DNA of 64,000 nucleotides from Planctomycetota bacterium (GTDB lineage Bacteria; Planctomycetota; MHYJ01; WSZJ01), in NCBI GenBank assembly GCA_038060895.1, contig JBBTCT010000015.1:96001-160000 (forward strand). Reading direction: 5' to 3'. This document shows, in pieces, positions 31,601 to 40,778 of the stretch. The position numbers and the translations under genes were made by a program. The notes under the pieces are model-generated. The model was not told where the DNA came from and ran no database searches. It saw only the letters and a list, made by a program, of their open reading frames with translations. Each line of letters starts with the position of its first letter. Position 1 is the first letter of the stretch.

Positions 31601-32212
31601 GATCGGTGTGATTTCGAGCGGGCCGGGGTCGAACCCGGAGACGTCCATGTCGTAGAGAATTCGCAGGGTCGGGCCCCACGCCGTCCCGCTGACGCGCCGG
31701 GGGATCCGCTGCCCGCCGGGATTGAGCCGCAGCGCGTGAGTCGCGCCCGGCCCGCCTGCTTCGGCATCGACTTCAACGCCGACCGCGAGCTTTCCCCACG
31801 CGATGGCGCCGTCGGCAGGGCCGACGACCTCGGGACGGGCGGCGGAAGGGACGCGCGCTTCGACGACCTTGACGGTGATCGAAGCGTCGCCGATGCGAAG
31901 AGGCGTTTCGCCGGCCTTCAGGCCTCGCACACGCAGGTACCCCATCGTGCGGCCCTTCAGCACGGCCGGCGCCGCGACCACTTCGAGCAGGGAAGGGTCG
32001 CCGACTTCGACCGGAGGCGCGGCGTCCTTTTCAGGCGCCGTTTCCACGCCGAACGCGATGATCCGCGTCCTGCCGACCTCGGCCACCGTCCGCGCGCTGA
32101 ACCATTTCACGGCCGGGGGCGCCGCCCGTAGCAGAAGGGGCAAGGCGGCCAGCGCTGCGACCAGTGTCCCGGCGGCGAACAGGATCGGGGCGCGGAATCG
32201 GGCGATGGGCAT
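28604..32212 (-). CDS. DUF1800 family protein with large N-terminal Ig/carbohydrate-binding-like domains
   Basis: HLLNRFAWGP, NHFS, MMQYLD, NENYAREICELHTVG; two repeated FxND...DRNL/F modules; upstream of DUF1501. Confidence 0.88.
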   Translation of the reverse strand: MPIARFRAPILFAAGTLVAALAALPLLLRAAPPAVKWFSARTVAEVGRTRIIAFGVETAPEKDAAPPVEVGDPSLLEVVAAPAVLKGRTMGYLRVRGLKAGETPLRIGDASITVKVVEARVPSAARPEVVGPADGAIAWGKLAVGVEVDAEAGGPGATHALRLNPGGQRIPRRVSGTAWGPTLRILYDMDVSGFDPGPLEITPILHQSDGTETEGETIVVTVLKPPDGEAIEMEAEDQRESKRPDRFNKDPLYIAPDTTASGEEYVNLYGAEPVPCFHVTVESAGWYQIALLAKGSFAGGAFPTVGLIIDGKDPPATNVRLIDENWHRVLMGVPVRLDKGERVLTPYFLNDFFAAGVPADRNLFLDRLDIVRVDRPKGGAGEGSDPGGPMVQPAGMAPGRDAWGSLRVAFADNIDGKQIPGTVEINGVTWWRRMEKSAGPKVELLVNGAGVSSQHSATPKWWLDPAHLKEGENTLQIVAMLDDGTTVRTPVQRVTWRPPWKDAAARKPMAFLRFPVRDRAWDNETRKALTTEGDCPEKLNARFASNGTATLTLPERMSGPFLLWIEAKGDHYDGAPKVDVVLHAGGKDIKVNSIDVGGWWNPHLTGLLALPDGKKTLSISFINDKYDEGKGDRNFMLQGLILVGAPPAADGRGPRVKIAWPPEGAEVWMQDAVVAMPVDDFGVAWVDTEIDGKRTGIRGEMLGKFGRVTMPLLARGLAPGEHKLVVIANDTSGHEGRSKERTFVVPEKAPETITRYERAVHLLNRFAWGPDAEELASVLTMGEEAYLADRLSRGPDDPGDASALAAAGIVFDGRNDAYDVMGRDAYHAVATPNPVRTRFVRWTDNHFSTWIRKTGGRAEWQERRVFTRLGAAPFRDLLFASATSPCMMQYLDQQFSFARNLNENYAREICELHTVGVHGGYEQKDVTALANILTGWMYSNEGDGKKAGYADDWKWRFDPALCDARPQRFIGMVFPKASPAERFDRARMAVELLAGHPSTATFVCSKLVAHYICWPPPEEVTADLAKVYLETDGDMKEVLLALAKHPAFFREGLKERIAPPFDHAARLSRCVNFRLPWQVIDLCARSGAGVYDRPTPDGFQEEDTAWTSTNATLQRWKFARENEWILSTTVPNPFRWNAETKTTEEQKQWLIDVVAVKLTGKVLSEESNEAAMSVMKACKGNRDELAKEAASFVGQLPEVGLK

Positions 32213-32249
32213 GGATCCCCCCTGTTTCTCAATGCATTGAATTCGAGGG

Positions 32250-32277
32250 CCTGAGCGAGCGAAGCGAGTCGAACGGC
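32250..32277. repeat. REP-like element CCTGAGCGAGCGAAGCGAGTCGAACGGC
   Basis: Similar copy at 58392-58420. Confidence 0.5.
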
Positions 32278-32337
32278 CTTGTCGCCGGGCGGCCCCCTAC
32301 TATACAGCGGTCGACGAAGGGAGGTTTCGGTTCATTC

Positions 32338-33360
32338 TCAGGCCGGGAAGAGCGCGCCCTGGGCAGAGGGCTGCCGGAAGGTCGTCGGTCCTCCGGTCAA
32401 CCCGGACGGGTCCATCCCGAGTTTTGCGCGCCAGATTTCGAAGAGCCGCGCGATCGAGTCCCAGCGGGGCCCGCTGCCGCGCATCCGCGTGCCGAAGCGC
32501 GGATCGTTGAGTTTCCCGCCGCGGACGTCCTCGACGGCGTGGCGCACGCGATTGACGCGATGCGGCAATTCCGAAGCAAGTCGCTCGAAGAAGATTTCCT
32601 TCACTTCGGACGGCAGCCGAAGGAGGACGTAAAACGCCGAGGTCGCGCCGGCTTCGCGCGAACGCTTGAGGATCTCCGGGATCTGGCTCTCGTTCAGCCC
32701 CGGAATGATGGGGGAGACCGAGACGCCGACCGGAATTCCGGCAGCGGCCAGCGCGCGCATCGCGTCCCACCGCGCCTGCGGCGCCGGGGCCCACGGTTCG
32801 ATCTTCCGCGCCATCGCAGCGTCAGCGAACGGGATGCTGAAGTAGACGGCGGCCCTGGCTTCGCGCGCAAGGGCCGTGAGGACATCGGAATCGCGGCGGA
32901 TCAACGCGGCCTTCGTGATGATGCCGACGGGATTCCGGAATTCGAGGCACACCTCGAGGCACCGCCGCGTCACCCGGTATTCCGCTTCAAGGGGCTGATA
33001 ACAGTCCGTGTTCCCGCTGAACGTGACGTTTTCCCCGGCCCAGGATCTCTTCCGGAATCCCTCCCTCAACTTCTCGGGCGCGTTCACCTTCACGACGATC
33101 TTCCGCTCGAAGTCGGTCCCCGCGCCGAAGTCCCAGTACTGGTGCGACGGCCTGGCGTAGCAGTAGGCGCATCCGTGAATGCAGCCGCGGTAGGGGTTGA
33201 CGGACCAGCGGAAGCCGACGTCGGGGGAGTCGTTCTCGACGAGAACGGACTTCGCGAGCTCTTCGAAGACTTCGAGCTTCGCCGGGGGAGGCGCATCGAC
33301 GAACTCGTGCTGAAGTAAATTCCAGCGGCGAGGGGGGTTGACAACCGGGCGCAAAGGCAT
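32338..33360 (-). CDS. PA0069/Rv2578c family radical SAM protein (SPL-like)
   Basis: NPYRGCIHGCAYCYARPSH, DFERKIVVK, TDCYQPLE. Confidence 0.92.
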   Translation of the reverse strand: MPLRPVVNPPRRWNLLQHEFVDAPPPAKLEVFEELAKSVLVENDSPDVGFRWSVNPYRGCIHGCAYCYARPSHQYWDFGAGTDFERKIVVKVNAPEKLREGFRKRSWAGENVTFSGNTDCYQPLEAEYRVTRRCLEVCLEFRNPVGIITKAALIRRDSDVLTALAREARAAVYFSIPFADAAMARKIEPWAPAPQARWDAMRALAAAGIPVGVSVSPIIPGLNESQIPEILKRSREAGATSAFYVLLRLPSEVKEIFFERLASELPHRVNRVRHAVEDVRGGKLNDPRFGTRMRGSGPRWDSIARLFEIWRAKLGMDPSGLTGGPTTFRQPSAQGALFPA

Positions 33361-33412
33361 ACCTAACATCAGACGAACATATTGATTCCCGATCAAGGAG
33401 AATTGGTCAAAG

Positions 33413-34735
33413 TCAAGCCGCCTGCCCGTCCACGGACGCGGAATCGCTTCGCCGTTTAATCCACTCAACGGCGGCTCCGACGCCGCCGGCGAGCCAGAGG
33501 AACGCGAAAGGGAGCGTGGTGAGGGCAAACCGCGGCTCGACGCCGGTCGGCCCGATGGGCTGGGCGGTGAGGACGGTGTCGAGCGTCAGGATGAAAGCAA
33601 ACGGCAGCAACGCGACAAGCCCGGCGCCGATGACGAAGGCCGCTTCCCATCGACGCATCCACGCGAGTCCCGCGGCAGCGAGCGGGACGAGCCAGGCGAG
33701 CCACGCGCGGTCGGCGAGGAGGCGCGTGAGGTAGCGCGTGTAGCCGGCCCACAGGCCGGAGACGTAGCGCACGGCGACTTCCGGAAGCGAGTGCAGGCCG
33801 AAGACGTAGTGGAACGGAGTTTCGGGCGCACCGCAGTATGAGTTCGCGACAACATCGGCGCGCGTCGGGAATCCCGGCTGCCCGGCGAATTCGTGATTGC
33901 GCCAGAATTGCGCGTGGTTCTGCATCGGGTGAAGGGGGCTTCCGGTTTTTGCGGTGTTGTAGATGAGGTACGGCGACGCGAGAAGCCAGACGCCCGCGAC
34001 GATCCCGGGCGCAAGCCAGGCGTCCGCGCGAACGAATCGCTTCGAAGCGGCGCGCGCCGCGGCCCAGAGGCCGACGAGAAGCGTGGCGGTCCCGAGTCCT
34101 TCGAGGCGGGTGAGGGCGAGAAGCGCTCCCGCGGCGGCCGCGGCCGCGGCAAGGACGAGGCGGGCTCGGCGCCTCTCAGGAGGCACCCGAAAGAGCATGA
34201 CCAGCGCCGAGACCAGCCCGAGCGTGCACGCCGCCGCGATGTCTTCGCGCAGGAATCCGACGCCGTAGAGCGACAGCCAGAGATTGTCGGCCCAGAGGAG
34301 GGAAGCGACGAGGGCGCCGCAGCGTCCCGCGACGAGCAGTGCGCACCCGAAGAGGGCGCCCATTGCCATCAGGCCGTGGACGATCGACCAGCGGCGCAGC
34401 ATGGCGTGGTTCTCAAGGACGCGCTGGCGCGCCGCGTCGTCGCGCGCTTCTTCCATCAGCCCGGCGTCCAGATCTCCGCCAACGGCCAGCGCGATGCGCC
34501 CGTCGGCGACGATCACCGGCTCCCGCTCGGTCGAGAACCCGGGAAGCGGCGTGCGCATCGCCAGCCGGTAGTAGGACGACGCGTCCCCCGACAGGTGCGG
34601 CGTCGCACCCTCGATTTCTCCCGCAAGAACCGCTTCCGCAATTTCGAGCCGGCGGATCGTCGCAAGGACCAGCAGCAGCACAAACGCCGCGAGCGTCGCT
34701 ATCCATCGGGCTTTTTCGCTCGGCGGCCACTTCAT
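33413..34735 (-). CDS. Polytopic membrane protein, GT-C glycosyltransferase-like
   Basis: Multiple TM helices; GDASSY after TM1; EPRF near the C-terminus. Confidence 0.6.
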   Translation of the reverse strand: MKWPPSEKARWIATLAAFVLLLVLATIRRLEIAEAVLAGEIEGATPHLSGDASSYYRLAMRTPLPGFSTEREPVIVADGRIALAVGGDLDAGLMEEARDDAARQRVLENHAMLRRWSIVHGLMAMGALFGCALLVAGRCGALVASLLWADNLWLSLYGVGFLREDIAAACTLGLVSALVMLFRVPPERRRARLVLAAAAAAAGALLALTRLEGLGTATLLVGLWAAARAASKRFVRADAWLAPGIVAGVWLLASPYLIYNTAKTGSPLHPMQNHAQFWRNHEFAGQPGFPTRADVVANSYCGAPETPFHYVFGLHSLPEVAVRYVSGLWAGYTRYLTRLLADRAWLAWLVPLAAAGLAWMRRWEAAFVIGAGLVALLPFAFILTLDTVLTAQPIGPTGVEPRFALTTLPFAFLWLAGGVGAAVEWIKRRSDSASVDGQAA

Positions 34736-34808
34736 GAAGCGGGATTGTCGCGGCGGCGCGGTTGCAGCGCGACTGGAATCAAAGGGAAGTGGGGCGCATA
34801 ATCCGGCG

Positions 34809-35594
34809 ATGCGGATCTTCCTCACGACGATGTTCCTGTGGCCGGCCTGCCTGGCACTCGCCGAGGAACCCGTGACCCTCGCGTGGAACGTCGCCGAGGG
34901 CGACAGTTTCCTTCTTCAGATCGTTTCGGACCGCCGCGCGGAAATGCAGAGCGGGAAGCAGCCCTTGCCTCTCGCGACCAGGTTCCAGATCACGATCACG
35001 GGGGCGCTGACGGTCGGAGCCGCCGCGGAAGACGGAGCCCGCAAGTTCGAATTCAGCTTCGCATCCCTCGAGGGGACGGTTGAAGCTCTCGGCGTGAAGT
35101 TGTCGATTTCCGAAAAGCCCGAGGATATTTCCGGCAAAAAGATCTCCGCGACTCTCAGCGCTGCCGGGCAACTGACCTGGGACGAAGAGGCGCTGAAGAA
35201 AGTGGCCGAGGGCATCGACCTCAACGAGGATTTCGCCCACCTCCTGCCGGCGCTTCCCAAAGCACCTGTCCGTCCCAACGAATCCTGGGAAGCGGAAGTC
35301 GACCGGCACACGAACACGTGCGAGCTGGTTCGGCGCGAGGTCACGGAGAAGGGTCCCACGGCCGTGCTGAAGGGAAAGTCGAAGGCCGACGAGACCAGCG
35401 GGGAGGGCGACCTGAAATCCTCGCTTCGAGTCGATGGGACATTCTCGGGTGAATGGGACCTGGACCGCGGGTACCTGAGAGTTTTCGACGAGACGAGAAC
35501 GGAAGAAGCGAAAATCGTGACGAAGGACTCGGTGCTCATCACGAAGTCCGAGGTGAAGCGGCGGGTCGTGCTGGGGAAAGTGAAACGCGACTGA
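34809..35594 (+). CDS. Secreted hypothetical protein
   Basis: Signal peptide; LPALPKAPVRPNESW motif; CATAAT 6 nt before ATG. Confidence 0.7.
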   Translation: MRIFLTTMFLWPACLALAEEPVTLAWNVAEGDSFLLQIVSDRRAEMQSGKQPLPLATRFQITITGALTVGAAAEDGARKFEFSFASLEGTVEALGVKLSISEKPEDISGKKISATLSAAGQLTWDEEALKKVAEGIDLNEDFAHLLPALPKAPVRPNESWEAEVDRHTNTCELVRREVTEKGPTAVLKGKSKADETSGEGDLKSSLRVDGTFSGEWDLDRGYLRVFDETRTEEAKIVTKDSVLITKSEVKRRVVLGKVKRD

Positions 35595-35597
35595 GGT

Positions 35598-36674
35598 TCA
35601 GCCGCGCCGCCGCAGCTGCCCGCACGCGGCATCCTCTTCGGCTCCCCGCTGTTTCCGGATGTGCACGGTGACGCCGCGCTCGCGCAGGATCTCCCAGAAC
35701 CGGACGGCTTTTTCCTTCGTCGCAGCCCGGAACGGCAGGCCTTCCACCGTGTTGTGCGGGATCAGGTTGACGTGGAACGTGCGCCCTCGCAGGACTTCCG
35801 CGAGCTGCTCCGCGTGTCCGGGCGCGTCGTTGACGCCGTCGAGCAGGACGTAGCTGATCGTGACGTGGCGGCCCGTCCGCGCGCGGTAGTCCGCGGCCGC
35901 GTCGAGCGTCTCCTGCACGCTCCAGAGTCGCGGCGCCGTGCGGACGATCGCCGCGCGCGTGGCGTCGTCCGGCGCGTGCAGCGACACGGCGAGGTGCGGC
36001 GGTTCATCCGACGCGGCCAGCGCTTCCATGCCGGAGACAATCCCGACCGTGGAAACCGTGACGCCGGAGGGAGGGAGCGCCCCGGCGTGGCGGTGTGTGA
36101 GGTTGCGGATGGCGACGATGACGTTGTCCACATTGTGGAGCGGCTCGCCCATGCCCATGAACACGACCGTGGCAAGCCGCTGACCGCGCGCTGCGGCCTC
36201 GCGACGAAGGAGCAGCGCCTGCGCGACGATTTCGCCCGCCGTCAGGTTTCGCGTCAGGCCGCCTAGCCCGCTTGCGCAGAACGAGCATCCCGCGGCGCAC
36301 CCGACCTGGCTGGAAACGCACGCCGCCGCGGTGGGCCGCCGAATCCGCGGCGTCCTGTCGTTGCGATTGCGTGCGCTCATGCGCTTCCGCGAATGGTCCC
36401 CCCGCACTCCCGGGATCAGCACGCACTCGACCGCCCGGCCGTCGGACAGCGCGAGCAGCAGCTTGGAGGTCCCGTCCGCCGCGTCCACGCGTTTCGAAAT
36501 CACGGGCAATTCCGCGTCAAATTCAGCCGCCGTTTCGCGCAACTTCCGCCCGATCCATGGCGCTTCTTCCAGCCCATACGCCGCGCGGAGCGATCTCTGG
36601 ACGTTCTGGGCCGAACTCGCGCCGGCGAGGCGCGAGAGGAGACTGTCGGCAGGCTGGTCGAAGAGTGAGTTCAT
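35598..36674 (-). CDS. rlmN: RlmN/Cfr family radical SAM RNA methyltransferase
   Basis: CVSSQVGCAAGCSFCASG, FMGMGEP, AVSLHA, AACGQL; may be a paralog rather than the main rlmN. Confidence 0.85.
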   Translation of the reverse strand: MNSLFDQPADSLLSRLAGASSAQNVQRSLRAAYGLEEAPWIGRKLRETAAEFDAELPVISKRVDAADGTSKLLLALSDGRAVECVLIPGVRGDHSRKRMSARNRNDRTPRIRRPTAAACVSSQVGCAAGCSFCASGLGGLTRNLTAGEIVAQALLLRREAAARGQRLATVVFMGMGEPLHNVDNVIVAIRNLTHRHAGALPPSGVTVSTVGIVSGMEALAASDEPPHLAVSLHAPDDATRAAIVRTAPRLWSVQETLDAAADYRARTGRHVTISYVLLDGVNDAPGHAEQLAEVLRGRTFHVNLIPHNTVEGLPFRAATKEKAVRFWEILRERGVTVHIRKQRGAEEDAACGQLRRRG

Positions 36675-36822
36675 GGGCTGGCGCGGGATGAGTTTGTCAC
36701 ACGCGTGGCGATCCTGGGAAATGGGTTCTTTGGGAGACAGGATGCAGATCCGCGGCCTCCTCATCCGGAATGGCGGCACCGAACTCAACCGTGTGGCCTG
36801 ATATGCAAGGCACCGGGGCGGG

Positions 36823-36919
36823 CGAAAATCCCGTGGGGGCGGGCGGAGTCGGCCCGCACAAGGAAAACCGCTCAATGACCGTCCCTGGGCCGACGCAGCC
36901 TGAACCCACGGGATTTTCG
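36823..36919. repeat. Nested inverted-repeat element (about 97 bp)
   Basis: 15-bp perfect IR CGAAAATCCCGTGGG/CCCACGGGATTTTCG enclosing an 8-bp IR GTCGGCCC/GGGCCGAC. Confidence 0.7.
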
Positions 36920-36972
36920 ACCGACCTCTCCATTCTTTTGCCCTGACAACGCTTCAACCTACAATCCGCCCC

Positions 36973-38574
36973 ATGGCGCGACTCCTGCTGGTCAACGCAC
37001 GCATCCGGACTTTCGACGCGAATGTCCCGGAACAGACGGCCCTGATCGCGGAAAACGGCCGGATCTCGTTCGTCGGCGATGACTTCACGGTGCGCTCGTC
37101 TTACCGGGACGGCGACGAGGTGCATGACCTCGAAGGGCGCTCGGTTTTTCCCGCGTTCCACGACGCGCACACGCATTTCTATCATTACGCGCTGACGCTT
37201 CGGAGGCTGCGCCTCGACGATTCGCACAGCGAGCACTCCGCATGCCAGGGCGTCAAAGGGACGGCCGACCGCGCTCCTGCAGGCGACTGGATCGTCGGGC
37301 GCGGATGGGCTCTGTCGCGGTGGGGCGTGGACGAATGGCCGACAAAGGCCTCGCTCGACGAGGCGGCGCCGAACAATCCGGTGGCGCTCGCCTCCAAAGA
37401 CGGGCACGCGTGGTGGGTGAACTCGAAGGCGCTGGCGGCCGCAGGCATCACGAAGGCGACGCCGAATCCCGTCGGCGGCCTCATCGAGCGCGACGCGGCC
37501 GGCGAGCCGACGGGAATCCTCCGCGAGAAAGCGCTCGAACTCGTCAAGCCGTTCATCGCCTCGCCACCCGTGCAGGCCGTCCGCGGAGGACTGCGCGACG
37601 CCGTCGTCCAGTTTCACTCACTCGGCGTCGCCAGCGCCGACATCGTCGCCGGCGCCATGGGACGCGACATCGAGCTCGAAGAAGGATTCCGGCTCTTCCA
37701 GAATATGGAGCACGCCGGCGAACTCGGCATCCGTCTCACGGTTTATTTCCCGGCGCACGACCTCGACCGCCTGATCGCCTGCGGATTCCGCAGCGGATTC
37801 GGAAGCGACTGGCTGCGTTTCGGCGGCATCAAGCTCTACGCCGACGGGTCGCTCGGTTCACGCACGGCGGCGATGCTGCAGCCGTACGAAGGGACGAAAG
37901 ATTGCGGCGTCGAAGTCATGCCGCCTGCGGAGATGGCGGCGATCGTGAAGAAGGCCGCGGAGAACGGAATCGCCTGCGCGATTCACGCGATCGGCGACAA
38001 GGCCGTCCGCAACACGCTCGACGCGTTCCAGGCGGCGAAGCCTGCAGCAGACGCATTCGGCCTCCGCCAGCGCCTCGAGCACGCACAGATCGTCGATGCG
38101 GCCGACATCCCGCGCTTCAAGCAGCTCGGCGTCGTCGCTTCAATGCAACCCTGCCAGCTCATGAGCGACATCGACAGCGCGGAGAAGTTGTGGGGAGTCG
38201 AGAGGTCGAAGCGGGCCTACCCGGTGCGGTCGCTGCTGGCGGCGGGCGCGGTGGTGGCGTTCGGGACGGACGTGCCCGTGGAGCCGCCGGATCCGAGGCG
38301 CGTGCTGAAGGGCGCCGTGCTGCGGCCGAAGGAGGACTGGACGCCCTGGAACGAGGCCGAGTGCATTTCGCCGTGGGATGCGTTCCTGGCGTACACGCGC
38401 GGCTCGGCGTGGGCGTCGGGGATCGAGGACAGGGCGGGGCGGCTGGTGCCGGGGTGTCTCGCGGATATGATGGTCTTCAACGAGGACCCGATTGAGATTC
38501 CCACGCGGCGGATGGCGGATGCGACCGTGGTGATGACGGTGATCGACGGGAAAGTGGTCTATCGGAAGAAGTAG
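36973..38574 (+). CDS. Amidohydrolase family 3 (YtcJ-like)
   Basis: FHDAHTH, KLYADGSLGSRTA, IHAIGD, RLEHAQ, FGTDVP. Confidence 0.93.
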   Translation: MARLLLVNARIRTFDANVPEQTALIAENGRISFVGDDFTVRSSYRDGDEVHDLEGRSVFPAFHDAHTHFYHYALTLRRLRLDDSHSEHSACQGVKGTADRAPAGDWIVGRGWALSRWGVDEWPTKASLDEAAPNNPVALASKDGHAWWVNSKALAAAGITKATPNPVGGLIERDAAGEPTGILREKALELVKPFIASPPVQAVRGGLRDAVVQFHSLGVASADIVAGAMGRDIELEEGFRLFQNMEHAGELGIRLTVYFPAHDLDRLIACGFRSGFGSDWLRFGGIKLYADGSLGSRTAAMLQPYEGTKDCGVEVMPPAEMAAIVKKAAENGIACAIHAIGDKAVRNTLDAFQAAKPAADAFGLRQRLEHAQIVDAADIPRFKQLGVVASMQPCQLMSDIDSAEKLWGVERSKRAYPVRSLLAAGAVVAFGTDVPVEPPDPRRVLKGAVLRPKEDWTPWNEAECISPWDAFLAYTRGSAWASGIEDRAGRLVPGCLADMMVFNEDPIEIPTRRMADATVVMTVIDGKVVYRKK

Positions 38575-38619
38575 GGAGTGATGAGTCGGGAGTAGGGGGT
38601 AGTTGGTAGTGGGTAGGAA
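38571..38619 (+). repeat. Degenerate heptamer tandem repeat (GTAGGGA-like x7)
   Basis: gtaggga gtgatga gtcggga gtagggg gtagttg gtagtgg gtaggaa. Confidence 0.7.
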
Positions 38620-38633
38620 CAGCCAGAGCCCCG

Positions 38634-40769
38634 CTACCTTAGCTCCACCTTGATCGAGTCTCCGTACAGCGCCTCGCGCTCGCCTGATTCTCTTGCGCGC
38701 TCAAGAAGCTTCTTCAAGTCCGGCTTCGGCTTCCATTTCAGGGGCTTTGTTGCTCCTTCAATGCGGATTTCTTCGGCGGTCATGACTCGATCGTCGTGGA
38801 AGAGCTCGACCTCGGCAGGCTTGCCGCCCAGGACCCTCAGCGTCATGACTCCGTCGGCATAGTGCGCTTCCACGCCGCAGAGATCGACTGGGTTGAAGGC
38901 GCCGTCCTTCATGCCGAAGGCGTTGGCTTTCGTGGCGCGGCGGATCGCCAGCCAGTGGCTTTCGCCTTCCCACGCGTTGAGGCACCAGTGCTCAACCTTT
39001 GACGGGTGGGCTTCGCGGGTCCGTAGAGACGACCACTCGAGGAAGCGCGGGTAGAGCCACGCCATGCGGTCGTGGCCGTAATTGCGCGCCTCGTGGTAGA
39101 CGAACGGCGCCTCCCAGCTTTTCAGAAGCGCGGCTGCCTGTCGCGAGTAGATTGTGTTCAGCCCGTCGAACTCGCCCTCCATCTGGAAGATCGGAACGCG
39201 CGCGACGTTACGCAGTTGCGGAAACTTGTCGTCGTACGGCTTCGGCCCGTGAATCTCGGGCCCGCACGCGGCCCATCGCGACGGGTACGACTGCGCGAGC
39301 CGCCACGTCATCGCGCCGCCCATCGACACACCGGTGATCACGACGCGGTCCGGATCGACGTTGCGTTCCAGGCAGAGCTTCCGCACGACTCGCAACACCT
39401 CGTCATCCGACTTCGGCGACCGCGTCGTCCCCGCCGTGGAGCCGTACTTCGGCGCCGCGAGAATCATCCCCGCGGTTTCCGGAAGCGACGTCCAGCACTG
39501 GTAGTCCCACTCGGGTTGCTGGTACTGGCCGTGCAGCACAAGCAGCAGCGGGAAGCGCTTCCAGGGGGAGTAGTCCTTCGGGAAGCGCAGCCATACGTTG
39601 TCGTCCGTGACGCCGTCTTCCGGCGCGGGGTCGAGATCCGGCATGTGGCACAGGACGGCCGCGACGGTCTTCACGTCGGGCCTGAGCTTCAGGACCGGCT
39701 CGATGGACTTGCCGCGCAGGAAGTCGCGGACGGCGTCCTCGAGTTTCTTCATCGCCCGCGGGTCGCCGATCGCGAGGCCCGGCAGGTCGTCGCCGTAGGT
39801 CAGGAAAAAGCGCAGCCGGAGCAGGCTGGCCTCCGCGTCGGCATCTACGAGGTCCACGCGGCTTGCGGCCTTGTCGAGCAGCCGGCGCGGGCCGTCGTAC
39901 GGCGCCGGCCACGCGTCCGGCGCTTTCTCGACCAGCTCGGTGATCCACTTCGGCTCCTCGAATGTCTCCTCCGCCGGCAACGGTGGCCGCGCGTCCCAGC
40001 CGAATGCCTCGCGCCACTTCTCCGGGATCTTGTTCGCCTTCGCGAGGTCCGGAAATGACGCCGTCACCCGCGCGGTGCGCAGCCCCTCCGTCTCGTTCGC
40101 GAAGAGCGTCCCGCCGTCGCCGACATCGACGACATCCAGCGCGATGGCCTCCTTCACGCGCCCCTTTCCAATCCGGATCCACTCGCCATCGAGAACAAGC
40201 CGGCCCTTCTCGTCAATCCTCTCCGAGCGAATTCCCACCGGAATCGCCCGGGGCATCTTGACTTTGGCGCGCGTGGCGTTCTTGAACTGTTCCTTCGCGA
40301 TCCAGAACTTGCCGAGTCCCTGGACGCCCACCCATGCGAAAAGGAGGCGCTGACCCGCGAGCGCCCTGGGTTCGAGCTCCGGGTGGCGAGTGGCAAGGAG
40401 GCCGCCCGTTCCGAACAGGACGCGTCCGTCGGGGAGCGCCAGCTTCTCGACCTCGATCTCGTCGGGGACCGCCGCCCAGCCGACGGCCTTCATGTCCTCG
40501 CGCTCGAGATCCCGGCACAGCATCCGCACGTAGTCTTCGCCGTTTTCGTGGTCGTACGCGAGCTGCACCATGTCGCGGAAGAGCGCCTGCGCCCCCTCCG
40601 GATCGAGCGGCCCGTCGAACCGCGCGATCAGCGCGTCGTATCGCTTCGCCGAAAAAAACTTCGACTCCTTCGCCGCGACCACGACGGTGCGATGAGGTTC
40701 GCGGACCGTGTCGGGAAGCTGGGCGAGAGCGGGGAGAGCGAGCAGGGCCAGCGCGGCGGCGCGGAGCAT
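38634..40769 (-). CDS. Secreted protein with C-terminal alpha/beta-hydrolase (esterase/peptidase) domain
   Basis: Signal peptide; PLLLVLHG, GVSMGG nucleophile elbow, GEFD, GH. Confidence 0.8.
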   Translation of the reverse strand: MLRAAALALLALPALAQLPDTVREPHRTVVVAAKESKFFSAKRYDALIARFDGPLDPEGAQALFRDMVQLAYDHENGEDYVRMLCRDLEREDMKAVGWAAVPDEIEVEKLALPDGRVLFGTGGLLATRHPELEPRALAGQRLLFAWVGVQGLGKFWIAKEQFKNATRAKVKMPRAIPVGIRSERIDEKGRLVLDGEWIRIGKGRVKEAIALDVVDVGDGGTLFANETEGLRTARVTASFPDLAKANKIPEKWREAFGWDARPPLPAEETFEEPKWITELVEKAPDAWPAPYDGPRRLLDKAASRVDLVDADAEASLLRLRFFLTYGDDLPGLAIGDPRAMKKLEDAVRDFLRGKSIEPVLKLRPDVKTVAAVLCHMPDLDPAPEDGVTDDNVWLRFPKDYSPWKRFPLLLVLHGQYQQPEWDYQCWTSLPETAGMILAAPKYGSTAGTTRSPKSDDEVLRVVRKLCLERNVDPDRVVITGVSMGGAMTWRLAQSYPSRWAACGPEIHGPKPYDDKFPQLRNVARVPIFQMEGEFDGLNTIYSRQAAALLKSWEAPFVYHEARNYGHDRMAWLYPRFLEWSSLRTREAHPSKVEHWCLNAWEGESHWLAIRRATKANAFGMKDGAFNPVDLCGVEAHYADGVMTLRVLGGKPAEVELFHDDRVMTAEEIRIEGATKPLKWKPKPDLKKLLERARESGEREALYGDSIKVELR

Positions 40770-40778
40770 CTCACGATC

